Shown here in pieces: positions 46,764-56,298 of a DNA stretch of 60,613 bases. This stretch comes from an uncultured Gammaproteobacteria bacterium (lineage in GTDB: Bacteria; Patescibacteriota; Microgenomatia; UBA8517). A model generated the notes under the pieces. It searched no databases and was not told where the DNA came from. It was given only the letters and a program-made list of their open reading frames with translations. The first letter of the stretch is position 1. Each line of letters begins with the position of its first letter. Made by a program: the position numbers and the translations under genes. The stretch is taken from NCBI GenBank assembly GCA_964627195.1, contig CAZVJU010000002.1, positions 1 to 60,613 on the forward strand, in the 5' to 3' direction.

Positions 46764-47882
46764 ATGAAAATATTAGCTATAGACACGTCCTGCGATGAAA
46801 CGGCAGTAGCTGTTACGGAAGGCACAAAAATACTTTCTAATATTGTCTGGTCGCAAGCATCTCTCCATGCAAAATGGGGCGGTGTTGTTCCGTCTATTGC
46901 CAAAAGAGAGCACGAAGAAAGGATTAATTGGGTTATCGAGAAAGCACTAAAGAAAGCCTTTCCTAAATCCCATTTTATTGGCCACCAGCTATTAGTTACT
47001 AATATTGATGCCGTAGCTGTTACAGTTGGACCTGGACTTGCAATAGCTCTGGAGGTAGGAATAAAGAAGGCAAAAGAACTTTCAATTAAATTTAATAAAC
47101 CCTTTATCCCCGTAAATCACGTTGAAGGCCACTTACTCAGTCCGCTGGCGCGTCCTGGAATTTCTAAACAAATTAATAATTCAGGATTAAATATTAAAAA
47201 TTTAGACTTCCCGGTCCTGGGAGTTGTAACATCAGGAGGTCACACAGAGGTTGTTTGGATAAAGACGCTTGGCGACTACAAAATTATTGCTCAGACTTCT
47301 GATGATGCGTTAGGTGAATCCTTAGATAAAGCGGCAAGACTTTTAGATTTTGGTTATCCGGGAGGAGAAATTTTAGAAATAAATGCCAGACAAGGAAACC
47401 CTTATGCTTTTGATTTACCAATTCCAATGCTCGGCCGCGAAAAAGAAATGTACTTTAGTTATTCTGGCTTGAAAGCTGCTTTCGTCAGACTAGTTAAAGA
47501 AGTAAGTAGTAAAAAGGACTTAACCCCAAAGGATATCTCAAACTTAGCAGCCTCATATCAACATGTAGCCTTTACTCACTTCATCCGAGTTTTAGATTAT
47601 CTTTTAAAAAGCAATAAATATTCTACAAAAAATATTTTGGCGGGCGGCGGAGTAATGGCAAACGGAACTTTACGAAAAATGCTAAGGCAAGTAGCCAAAA
47701 AAAATAATTTGAAGGTCTTAGTCCCCTACTCGAAAAGACTTAACACCGATAACGCTGCAATGATTGGAGTTGCTGCTTATTTTAGGTTTAAAAGAAAAGA
47801 AATTCTAAAACCTAAAGAGTTGGCTAAGGTGGATAGAATTCCAAGAGCAAAAGTTGACGAGCCTTTTGCGTGGGAAAGATAA
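46764..47882 (+). CDS. tsaD: tRNA N6-adenosine threonylcarbamoyltransferase TsaD
   Basis: MKILAIDTSCDETAVAV, VNHVEGHL, SGGHTE and GGGVMAN motifs of the Kae1/TsaD family. ATG 46764 preferred over TTG 46758. Confidence 0.92.
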   Translation: MKILAIDTSCDETAVAVTEGTKILSNIVWSQASLHAKWGGVVPSIAKREHEERINWVIEKALKKAFPKSHFIGHQLLVTNIDAVAVTVGPGLAIALEVGIKKAKELSIKFNKPFIPVNHVEGHLLSPLARPGISKQINNSGLNIKNLDFPVLGVVTSGGHTEVVWIKTLGDYKIIAQTSDDALGESLDKAARLLDFGYPGGEILEINARQGNPYAFDLPIPMLGREKEMYFSYSGLKAAFVRLVKEVSSKKDLTPKDISNLAASYQHVAFTHFIRVLDYLLKSNKYSTKNILAGGGVMANGTLRKMLRQVAKKNNLKVLVPYSKRLNTDNAAMIGVAAYFRFKRKEILKPKELAKVDRIPRAKVDEPFAWER

Positions 47883-47901
47883 AAATAGTATAATAGCCTC
47901 T

Positions 47902-48140
47902 AAGCGCTATCAGTTTGGCCCGTCCCCAAACGATGAAACGTCAAACGTTTCGCGCTATCCGCCGAATAGAAATTTAAGCGGAACGGGTAAGCCTGTAATA
48001 GCTGTAATGAGTTATTAAAGAGGGTGGTACCACGATTTCATCAGAGTCGTCCTTCAATCTTCTGAATCCTGCTATACTTTTAATATGGATAAAGTTTACG
48101 ATCACCCCACTTCGCTCTTTGAATAGAGCTTCGAGGGGCA
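47902..48140 (+). promoter_or_regulatory. T-box leader upstream of valS
   Basis: Conserved T-box sequence AAAGAGGGTGGTACCACG at 48017..48034 (consensus AANNNGGGUGGUACCGCG). Short Stem-I-like helix AGCGC (47902..47906) / GCGCT (47952..47956) with a GAUGA element. TATAAT at 47888..47893 upstream. Confidence 0.7.
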
Positions 48141-48153
48141 AGGCAAAAAATAA

Positions 48154-50355
48154 ATGGAAAAGATTTATAACCACAAGTTATACGAAAAAAAGATTTATTC
48201 GATGTGGGAAAAATCTGGTGCTTTTAAAGGTTCTGCTGAAGGAAAACCTTATACCATATTGATGCCACCTCCAAACGCTAATGCGTCGCTTCATGCAGGC
48301 CACGCAATGTATACAGTAGACGATGTAATCGCGAGATTTAAGAGGATGCAAGGATATTCTGTTGAATGGATACCGGGTACCGACCACGCAGGTTTTGAAA
48401 CACAATATGTTTACGAAAAACAACTCTCCAAGGAAGGAAAGTCCAGAATGGATTTTGACAGAGAAACTTTGTATAAAAATATTTATGATTTTGTAAGGAA
48501 TAATTCCGGCGTAATTTTCGAGCAATTTAAAAGACTTGGCTTTTCAGCTGATTGGGAACGAAGTGTTTTTACACTTGATAAGCAAGTTCTAGAACAAGTA
48601 TACGAAACGTTCAAGAAAATGGAATCTGAGGGTTTAGTTTATAGAGATGGATATATCGTAAACTATTGTACACACTGCGGAACTTCCTTGGCAGAGTTGG
48701 AAGTTATTCACGAAACAAAAATTGAACCTCTTTACTACATTAAATACGGACCTTTCGTTTTGGCAACTGTAAGACCTGAAACAAAATTCGGAGATACTGC
48801 CCTGGCAGTTCACCCCAAAGACAAAAGATATACAAAATGGGTGGGGCAAGAAGTTGAAGCTGAGGGTTTATTGGGAAAATTCAAAATTAAAGTAATTGCT
48901 GATGACTATGTTGATCCCAAGTTCGGCACGGGTGTGGTAAAAATAACTCCCGCACACGATCCGAATGACTTTGCTGTTTGGCAAAGGCACAAAAATGAAA
49001 TCCCAGCTCCTAAGCAAACAATTAATATGCTTGGGCGTTTAACGGGATTGGCTGGTAAATATGAAGGGTTAAAAGTAAATCAAGCTAGAGAGATTGTAGT
49101 AAGAGACCTCCAAGAAAAAGGGTTATTAGATAAGACTGATCAGAACTACGAGCATTCTGTTGTCGAATGCTATAAATGTAAACATACCCTTGAACCATTA
49201 ATTGTCCCAAACTGGTTTATAAAAGTTGAGAACTTAAAGAAAAAAGTTACTAAGGTTGTAAAAGAGGAAAAGGTTAAATTCTTTCCCAAAAGATTTAAGC
49301 GCCACATGCTCCAGTGGTTAGAAATAATGCATGATTGGCCAATAAGCCGCCAGATTGTTTGGGGCATCAGAATTCCTATTTGGTACGACATTGATAAAAA
49401 TAAGGACATAACTATTTCATTTATAGACAAAGGGGGAGTAAAAAAGTTTGGAAACGTACATCAAATCTTGGAAACAAATTCAGGAAAAGATTATTCGTTC
49501 GAAGAAATTGAAAACGGCCTTCAATCTGTAACGGCTTCGGCCAATTCTGAATATATCGTACGTGTTGATAAACCTAAAGGTAGAGTTTTACCTGAGACCG
49601 ACACTTTCGACACTTGGTTTTCATCCGGGCAATGGCCAATTGTGACACTGAAAGAAGAGGAGTTTGAAACACGATTCCCTACTGACCTAATGGGAACGCT
49701 TTCGGATATTTTGAAGTTTTGGGTATCAAGAATGATTATGTTTTCTCTTTATCTTAAAAATGAAATTCCATTTAAAGACGTATATCTTTGGAGTATGGTG
49801 GCAGACGCAAGGGGGGTAAAAATGAGTAAAAGCAAAGGCAATGTAATTAATCCTTTAGACTTAGTTGATAAGTATGGCGCTGATGCTCTTCGTATGTCAC
49901 TTCTTTATGGGATTCCTTCAGGAAGCAAGGTTGTCCTGTCTGATGAAAAAGTCAGAGGGATGAGAAATTTTGCAAATAAAATTTGGAATTCAGCAAGATT
50001 TATTTTAAGCGACCCGCCTAAAAAAATAAGCGACCAAATCGAAGACAAAAACTTGTCTGAAAAAATGACTAAAATATTCAAAAATGCCAGCGCTTCGCTT
50101 GAGAAATATCAATTGAATCACGCATCTGAACTAATTTATGAAGAATTCTGGCATTGGTTTTGCGACGAGTGTATCGAAAAAAGTAAAGAAGGAAAAATCA
50201 GTAAATCTGATTTGGTACATTTATTAATAAATTTCCTGAAGCTTCTCCACCCTTTTATGCCCTTCGTAACTGAAGCTGTTTGGTCGGAAATTAGAAATTT
50301 ACGAAAATACCCTGATCAACTATTAATAACCTCCTCTTGGCCGGTGGCAAGTTAA
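48154..50355 (+). CDS. valS: valyl-tRNA synthetase (short form, no C-terminal coiled coil)
   Basis: PPPNANASLHAGHA (HIGH region typical of ValRS), PGTDHAGFETQ and KMSKSKGNVI. Confidence 0.92.
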   Translation: MEKIYNHKLYEKKIYSMWEKSGAFKGSAEGKPYTILMPPPNANASLHAGHAMYTVDDVIARFKRMQGYSVEWIPGTDHAGFETQYVYEKQLSKEGKSRMDFDRETLYKNIYDFVRNNSGVIFEQFKRLGFSADWERSVFTLDKQVLEQVYETFKKMESEGLVYRDGYIVNYCTHCGTSLAELEVIHETKIEPLYYIKYGPFVLATVRPETKFGDTALAVHPKDKRYTKWVGQEVEAEGLLGKFKIKVIADDYVDPKFGTGVVKITPAHDPNDFAVWQRHKNEIPAPKQTINMLGRLTGLAGKYEGLKVNQAREIVVRDLQEKGLLDKTDQNYEHSVVECYKCKHTLEPLIVPNWFIKVENLKKKVTKVVKEEKVKFFPKRFKRHMLQWLEIMHDWPISRQIVWGIRIPIWYDIDKNKDITISFIDKGGVKKFGNVHQILETNSGKDYSFEEIENGLQSVTASANSEYIVRVDKPKGRVLPETDTFDTWFSSGQWPIVTLKEEEFETRFPTDLMGTLSDILKFWVSRMIMFSLYLKNEIPFKDVYLWSMVADARGVKMSKSKGNVINPLDLVDKYGADALRMSLLYGIPSGSKVVLSDEKVRGMRNFANKIWNSARFILSDPPKKISDQIEDKNLSEKMTKIFKNASASLEKYQLNHASELIYEEFWHWFCDECIEKSKEGKISKSDLVHLLINFLKLLHPFMPFVTEAVWSEIRNLRKYPDQLLITSSWPVAS

Positions 50356-50367
50356 TTGGCTAATTAA

Positions 50368-50832
50368 TTACTTTTGTAAATTCAAAGCCTTCTTTATCTG
50401 TCCAAATGTACCCAATGAATGATTCTTGCCAATAAGCATGTCTTTTTTTTCCATCTCTTTTAATTCTTCGAAGGAAAACCACTTAAACCCTTCGAGCTCG
50501 TCATTTATTTTGACTTTGTAACGGAGGGGTTTTCCCTTAAGACTAATTAAAAAAATGAGGCCCAATCTAAAAGCAGCATTAGCATCTTTCTTCCAGTTAT
50601 AACTTGCAATAAAACTTGGCTTGTCAAAAATTGTGAGTCCAACTTCCTCTCTTACTTCTCTTTCGATTGCCTTTTCAACTGTCTCTCCTAATTCAATTTT
50701 TCCTCCCAAACTTTGCCATTTGCCTGGAAATATGTCGTCGTCTAGCTTTCTTCGTACCAATAATAATTTATCTCTACATTTTAGAATTACTATCACTGAA
50801 ACAATTTGAAGTGGATCTTTTTTCAGAACCAT
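50368..50832 (-). CDS. Nudix hydrolase
   Basis: Nudix box GGKIELGETVEKAIEREVREEVGL. Confidence 0.85.
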   Translation of the reverse strand: MVLKKDPLQIVSVIVILKCRDKLLLVRRKLDDDIFPGKWQSLGGKIELGETVEKAIEREVREEVGLTIFDKPSFIASYNWKKDANAAFRLGLIFLISLKGKPLRYKVKINDELEGFKWFSFEELKEMEKKDMLIGKNHSLGTFGQIKKALNLQK

Positions 50833-51422
50833 TAAAGAAATTTAAAACTTTGAATTACTTTCTCTATCTGTTCCGGAACTGTACTTATCGAATATGAATA
50901 CTTTTCTTTTGAAAAGATAACAGCCGAGCGTTTTTCTCCTTCGCCTTCGGGCTCAAAATCAAGACGTATTCCTTCTTGATCTCCAACATTTATCTTTTCT
51001 TCCTTAACCAACTTTGCATCTTGTTTTGAAAAACTAGTCTTGGTATTTTCAACTTCTTCTTTAAATGTCCTCTCGCTCACCCCGAGTCCCAAACCTTTCT
51101 CGGATGAAAATTTTGTTTCTTCAAATAGAAGAAATACTTTAAATCCGCCTTGGTCCCTAAACTCACGGCGATAGAGAAATTTGGGGTACATCATTTGAAA
51201 ACCAAACTCGTCGTTTTTGTATTCTACCCAGGCGAGAACGGGTGTCGGCGTCGTAATTAAATCATCTTTACCAATAGCAGTGATTTCCGGCTCACCTGTA
51301 CTTTTATGAAAAATGTCCGGCCTTGTAAAGAAGAAGTAGACTACCAAAACAGCCAGGCTCAAAAACATTAAAAATACACCAATCTTTAAGGCATCTGAGT
51401 TTTTTTGTCGCTTTCCATCCAT
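50832..51422 (-). CDS. membrane-anchored hypothetical protein
   Basis: N-terminal TM helix (IGVFLMFLSLAVLVVYFFF). No motif recognised. Confidence 0.45.
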   Translation of the reverse strand: MDGKRQKNSDALKIGVFLMFLSLAVLVVYFFFTRPDIFHKSTGEPEITAIGKDDLITTPTPVLAWVEYKNDEFGFQMMYPKFLYRREFRDQGGFKVFLLFEETKFSSEKGLGLGVSERTFKEEVENTKTSFSKQDAKLVKEEKINVGDQEGIRLDFEPEGEGEKRSAVIFSKEKYSYSISTVPEQIEKVIQSFKFL

Positions 51423-51457
51423 GTAAAACTATTATATATAATGAGTAAGTAAAAAGA

Positions 51458-51817
51458 ATGGGTAAAGCCGAAAACAAAAACACCAAGCGACAGAGATCAA
51501 CAGGCCTTTATTTAGCTTGTGGAATACTGATTTTAACCGCACTTTCTATTTTCAACCTCTCCTTATACTATCTAGGTGGGAGGTCGCAAAAAAAGGAAAG
51601 GGTTCTTGGTTTGACAAGTCCTGTAGATCAAGAGGTTTCTTACTGGCAAGGACTTTTGGATTTTAACCCCGAATATCTGGAGGGGTGGTTGGAACTAGCT
51701 AAAATTGAAGTTTCCAAAGGAAATTATTCTGAGGCCAAAGAATTTATATTAAAAGCAGAAAATATTGATCCTAATTCTGGGAAAGTAAAAAAAGTAAGAG
51801 AATCTCTAGGTTTGTAG
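51458..51817 (+). CDS. membrane-anchored TPR-repeat protein
   Basis: TM helix followed by a TPR-like segment (NPEYLEGWLELAKIEVSKGNYSEAKEFILKAENIDPN). Confidence 0.5.
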   Translation: MGKAENKNTKRQRSTGLYLACGILILTALSIFNLSLYYLGGRSQKKERVLGLTSPVDQEVSYWQGLLDFNPEYLEGWLELAKIEVSKGNYSEAKEFILKAENIDPNSGKVKKVRESLGL

Positions 51818-52501
51818 TTAGTTCTTTGTCTTTCCTTCTTCTTCCGGAGCTTCTTCTTTCTTGGGTTCACCCTCCCCTTCTGTCGGTGCCTTTGCTTCCC
51901 CTTCCATCTGTTCCTCTACAGGGGGAGTTACAACTTCCTCTTCTTTCTTAGGAGGCTCTACTTTAAGCACAATCTCCTTGGGATCTGCCTTAACTTCAAT
52001 TTTTTGAGGGTCAATGGGAAGGTTCTCTACAAGTATGCTTTGATCAACTTCAGTTAATGCTGTTGCATCTATTTCAAACTTATCCGGCAAATCTCCCGGC
52101 AATGCAAGAACCTCAACCTCGGTGATATACTGGACTACCGTTCCTAAACCTTGTTTCTCTGCCGGAGACTCCCCAACCAGTTCAACCGGAACTTCGGCGG
52201 AAACCTTTTCTTTGAGATCTACTTGGAGTAAATCGATGTGAAGTGGCTTATCTGTTACCGGATCGAGTTGAACATTATGGATAAGGACATTTCGCTTTTT
52301 GCTATCAATAGTTAATTCGACCAAACCGGTCTCCCCCGCCTCCTGATAAACTTTCATAAACTCACCAGCATCTATCTGTACTGCTTCTGACTCTATTTTC
52401 TTACCATATATATTTCCAGGTAAGATCCCCTCTCGGCGCAGTTTCTTAACTTTTCTTCCTGTGGCTTTTCGTTTATCTGCTTTTAGCGTTAATTTAGTCA
52501 T
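51818..52501 (-). CDS. rplY: 50S ribosomal protein L25/Ctc with acidic C-terminal tail
   Basis: LKADKRKATGRKVKKLRREGILPGNIYG is the L25 N-terminal signature. Start moved to ATG 52501, overlapping the upstream stop by 8 nt. Confidence 0.85.
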   Translation of the reverse strand: MTKLTLKADKRKATGRKVKKLRREGILPGNIYGKKIESEAVQIDAGEFMKVYQEAGETGLVELTIDSKKRNVLIHNVQLDPVTDKPLHIDLLQVDLKEKVSAEVPVELVGESPAEKQGLGTVVQYITEVEVLALPGDLPDKFEIDATALTEVDQSILVENLPIDPQKIEVKADPKEIVLKVEPPKKEEEVVTPPVEEQMEGEAKAPTEGEGEPKKEEAPEEEGKTKN

Positions 52502-55094
52502 TTTTGCTCCAACGCACTGTTGCACTAAAATCGTCGGACAATTTCGTATTATATATAAGTCCTCCCCTACTGGTCAAGGTGAAAGGTTGCGTCGATAAAA
52601 AAGAAAGGCTGTGCGGAAACTTTATATTTACTCCTAAGGGGTAGTTTTCCATTCCTGCTTGTTTCCGGATCATTAATTTATATTCTCCGTCTTTTTTGAA
52701 CGAAACTTTAGAATCGCCTTCCCAGGAAAAGAGTAATGACTTGCTTTTGTGGGGATAGATCTCATCAAATACGCCGGCTTCTTTCAAACCCCTTAAACCA
52801 CGGGTTTCTGGAAACTTGCTTTCTTCAGACTCGTTAGAAATTATTTCAATCGGAGAAAATCCGCTGTCGCCGTTCACAAATACTCTCATATAGTAAGAAT
52901 ATTTTTCATCGGAAACATTTTCCAGAAAAATAAAGAGGTTTCTTTTAATTAACCCTTCTTCCGGAAGGATTGTATATTTATACTCCCTTTTTATCAGGGT
53001 GCTATCGCCCTCATGTGTTGATTCACTAACCGAAACAAAATCTGAGTAACAGCTTTCTAAACAGCTCTCGTAAATCAAGGACCCATCCCAATCCAAATCA
53101 TTTAACTGTCTAGCCAGATCAGTATTTGTTAAGTATATCTGAATGTTTCTATTTTCCAGTCCGGAAAATAACACTTTGCCAAGTTTGAATTTCTGTCGAT
53201 CAGTCAAAACCTTTGGTTCATGGACAAAGGTTTCTAAGAAGCCACTAACAGTACTTTCTGTCTCCTCAGGGTAGTTACTCTTTTTCTTGTCGGCTCTAAG
53301 TACCTGATTAAAAGTATCTTTAGAGGTTCTACCCAGAAGAGTTAATATGTCCGAAAAGACGTTGGAGTCAAATGCAATAATGCCATCAACCTTTTCGTTT
53401 AGTTCTTTATCCAGAAACCACATAATCTGATTTGCGGTCGTAGGAAAGTCTGGATCCCAATTTGCGTCTTTTAAATACCATATATTCCTGTCAAAATACT
53501 TTTGCAGAGGCAGTGGCGCATCAACGGCTCCTTCAAGATTCTTATCTGCATCAGCCGCAGAAGTAACCTCCAAATCTGTAATCTTACCGTTTGACAATGT
53601 AACAAAAACCAAGGACTCTATTAAACCTCCAGTCGCTCTAGCAAAAACGGTATTTTCCAAAACTAAAACATAACGACTGGGCTTCCCTTTTCCTAAAAGT
53701 CCACCTAAACTGTAAATAACTTTACTGACTAAGAGTGTTTTTTCTCTCAACTCTTTTAGGTTTTTGTCGCCGACAATTAGAGTAGCTAGTCTCCTAGTAT
53801 ACGGATCCGAATCATGGATTTCGCTTTCTAAAAATGCCAGCTCTTTGTAGATAAGATCAAGCTCCAATGAAACATTTCTGCCATATAAAGATACGTCATA
53901 GGTTTCATCATTTGTCACTTTTTCAACTAAAGCAATAGTGTCTTGACTTACATTGATAAACTTTTCGCCTATCGCAGTCTCTTTTTGAATAAGATGTGCG
54001 CTTTTTTGTACTACTGAATAGACATTTTTAAGAATTGGTAGTTCCATAAAGCCCAAAGAGTAATTGCTTGCCGACCTTGAAAAAAAAGATGCAGCAGATA
54101 ACGCCTTATTGGTCACACCAAAGTATCCCTTTGGGAACGACTTATAAGCAACAAAAAGAAGTGATGTGCTGACTGTTAAAAAGATGAATGGGATTAAAAC
54201 GATGGTAGATAAGATAAAAAGTAATTTTAATTTCCATCTGTAAAAAAGGCTTTTTTTTATTTTCCCGCCAAGACTATCATACTTTGTATTGGTGTCTAAA
54301 GAGATAGTATTCTCCTCACGGTTTTTACTCGCATAACTTACTATATCGGAACGAAATTTTGATTTAAGATCAGCAAGATCCAGAACATGATTTAATAGCC
54401 GTCTTTTACTTTCCCTTACGTAAATTCTTTCGTCTACCTCACTATTTACTAAGTCTTCCTCTTTAAAAATCATGTCTTTTCTAAGGTTTTTTGTTTTTAG
54501 CAGTTTTAGTAATTCGTTTATATTAATGGGTTCGCCAAGAATTGCAGTTTTTTTAGAGTAAGCTTTTAAAGAAAAAAGGCTGCGCAATATTCTCTCTGAA
54601 GCATACTGAATGGATAATGGATAAAATATGTGTGTTCGAGAAAATGGAAAAACATTTACTTTGTTACTAAAATAGCATCGAAGTAATTCACAGAGATTTT
54701 TTTCCATTTCCCCGCCGGACTCATCAAGAATATCTCCCAAATATATCGCTCCTGCAATCAGCTTGTTATCGGAAAGTATCTCGTTAGTTAGTGGCAGGTT
54801 TGTAAAATAAGTTTTACTTTGTTGCGCGTAAGGAAATATAAATAGAATTTTTGTAGTGTTTCCAAAAGTAACTCTCCGAATACTTTCTAGGTCTTTTTCG
54901 AAATCAAAATTTAAAACTGAAAGGTAAATTAGGTAGTCGATTTTCTTACCATTAATTGTCTGGCCTTTTTTAATATCTTCGTCACTAAAACTAACAACAC
55001 ATCCCTTCTCGGTTAAAAGCTCTGCAATCTTGTTTGTTAAATTATTTTTCTCTGAAAATAAAAGGGTTCTTGGGGAAAGCATGGTTGTTAGCAC
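52494..55094 (-). CDS. large single-pass membrane protein of unknown function (possibly DUF4012-like)
   Basis: 866 aa, with a TM helix near residue 290 (LLFILSTIVLIPFIFLTVSTSLLFVAY). The family assignment is from memory only. Confidence 0.45.
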   Translation of the reverse strand: MLTTMLSPRTLLFSEKNNLTNKIAELLTEKGCVVSFSDEDIKKGQTINGKKIDYLIYLSVLNFDFEKDLESIRRVTFGNTTKILFIFPYAQQSKTYFTNLPLTNEILSDNKLIAGAIYLGDILDESGGEMEKNLCELLRCYFSNKVNVFPFSRTHIFYPLSIQYASERILRSLFSLKAYSKKTAILGEPININELLKLLKTKNLRKDMIFKEEDLVNSEVDERIYVRESKRRLLNHVLDLADLKSKFRSDIVSYASKNREENTISLDTNTKYDSLGGKIKKSLFYRWKLKLLFILSTIVLIPFIFLTVSTSLLFVAYKSFPKGYFGVTNKALSAASFFSRSASNYSLGFMELPILKNVYSVVQKSAHLIQKETAIGEKFINVSQDTIALVEKVTNDETYDVSLYGRNVSLELDLIYKELAFLESEIHDSDPYTRRLATLIVGDKNLKELREKTLLVSKVIYSLGGLLGKGKPSRYVLVLENTVFARATGGLIESLVFVTLSNGKITDLEVTSAADADKNLEGAVDAPLPLQKYFDRNIWYLKDANWDPDFPTTANQIMWFLDKELNEKVDGIIAFDSNVFSDILTLLGRTSKDTFNQVLRADKKKSNYPEETESTVSGFLETFVHEPKVLTDRQKFKLGKVLFSGLENRNIQIYLTNTDLARQLNDLDWDGSLIYESCLESCYSDFVSVSESTHEGDSTLIKREYKYTILPEEGLIKRNLFIFLENVSDEKYSYYMRVFVNGDSGFSPIEIISNESEESKFPETRGLRGLKEAGVFDEIYPHKSKSLLFSWEGDSKVSFKKDGEYKLMIRKQAGMENYPLGVNIKFPHSLSFLSTQPFTLTSRGGLIYNTKLSDDFSATVRWSKND

Positions 55095-55232
55095 ATATAA
55101 TGCTTCAATAATTGTATACTAAAAGAAAAGCATTAAAATCCCCTCAAATGCTACTTTGATTGATAAAAGAAGTTATCCTTATTATCTTTTCAAGTGGTCG
55201 CTCTGGAAAGAAGACTCCAAAACGTGAAACTC

Positions 55233-55655
55233 CTACAAATTTTCATCCAGTTTTAAATTTACCAGTTTGTCGGCAAGTTTATTTTCTTCACGTCTAATGG
55301 AAAAATAATTTATTTCCACTCCCCGTAAATCTAGCGTCAGGTTTTTTATTTTAGTAAATAAAGATTTTAAATTATCGCTCTTAATTTTATAAAAACCATT
55401 GAGCTGTTGGACAACCAACTGAGAGTCTAAAAAAAATCCGACTTCCCCACCCAAATACTTTGTTATATTTTTTCTAAGCCACTCTAGTGCAATAATAACC
55501 CCTGTATATTCCGCCTCGTTATTTGTTACAGTTCCTAGGAATTTAGAACCTTTGTAGATTACCTCTCCGTCTTCAAGAACAACAAAAGCGGCGGCCCCAA
55601 ATCCGGGGTTACCCCTCGCCCCGCCATCGGTATATATTTTGGTTGAATTAACCAT
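55233..55655 (-). CDS. rnhA: ribonuclease HI
   Basis: IYTDGGARGNPG and TNNEAEY motifs of type 1 RNase H. Confidence 0.85.
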   Translation of the reverse strand: MVNSTKIYTDGGARGNPGFGAAAFVVLEDGEVIYKGSKFLGTVTNNEAEYTGVIIALEWLRKNITKYLGGEVGFFLDSQLVVQQLNGFYKIKSDNLKSLFTKIKNLTLDLRGVEINYFSIRREENKLADKLVNLKLDENL

Positions 55656-55691
55656 ACACGAAAACTTACTTTATCTACTGAAAAAGGGGAA

Positions 55692-56192
55692 TTATTTGTT
55701 GGAGCTGATAACAAGACACCTATCTATTCCTTCCCCAACAGACTCGGTTTTTACTTCAGAATCGCCAGATAATGTAAGATGGATAATCCTTCTTTGGGAG
55801 GATGTTAAATTGTAAAGTTGTTGTGGTTCTCCTGTTTCCTTTGCTCTTTGTGCCACTTGCAGAGCAAGTTTATTTAATCTCTCTTCTTCTTTTTCCCGCC
55901 AATCTGAAACATTGACAATAACTCTAGTCCACACTTGTGTCCTTCTCTTTAAAATTATTCCCAGTAAAGACTGAATTGCTTGTAAAGTTTTCCCTCTATT
56001 GCCGATAATTAGCCCTGCTTCCCCCCCTGCATCAATATCTATTCTGATGGCCTCATTTTCTTTATCCTCATAAACGCTTACAGTACTTTTTAAGGACATT
56101 AAAGACAGTAACTCTTCGGCAAGATCTTTAACCAGGGTTGCTTTGTCGCTCACCACATCTTTTTCTTTTTTGACTTTACTTTTAGTAGCCAT
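55692..56192 (-). CDS. jag: Jag/KhpB-like RNA-binding protein (KH + R3H)
   Basis: KH GxxG (IGNRGKTLQAIQ) and R3H (SSQRRIIHLTL). Start moved to ATG 56192 because the GTG 56219 start lies inside the repeat element. Confidence 0.8.
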   Translation of the reverse strand: MATKSKVKKEKDVVSDKATLVKDLAEELLSLMSLKSTVSVYEDKENEAIRIDIDAGGEAGLIIGNRGKTLQAIQSLLGIILKRRTQVWTRVIVNVSDWREKEEERLNKLALQVAQRAKETGEPQQLYNLTSSQRRIIHLTLSGDSEVKTESVGEGIDRCLVISSNK

Positions 56193-56212
56193 AATTTTTG
56201 TGTTAGCTATAG

Positions 56213-56298
56213 ACATCACATTTTGAAACCGGACTAAAAAAAAGTAATGTATGCTACAGAAATCGCATACATTAGTCTTATATCAATTTGTGATTTCT
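56213..56298. repeat. 86-nt structured repeat element, copy 2 (yidC-jag intergenic)
   Basis: Aligned by hand to 30374..30458. On the minus strand it begins directly after the yidC stop codon and contains the hairpin ATGTATGC-N10-GCATACAT followed by TAC and T8. Confidence 0.85.

Noticed and set aside
47934-47951. Assigning the T-box specifier codon (GUU for Val, or UUC for Phe) in the hairpin GAAACG-UUCAAA-CGUUUC
   Set aside because: I initially misread the junction between two sequence lines. On re-reading, the GUU is followed by C and lies partly in a stem, so I cannot assign the specifier with confidence.
47974-48174. 66-aa minus-strand ORF upstream of valS
   Set aside because: It lies antisense to the T-box leader and the valS start. 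The conserved T-box motif explains this sequence better.
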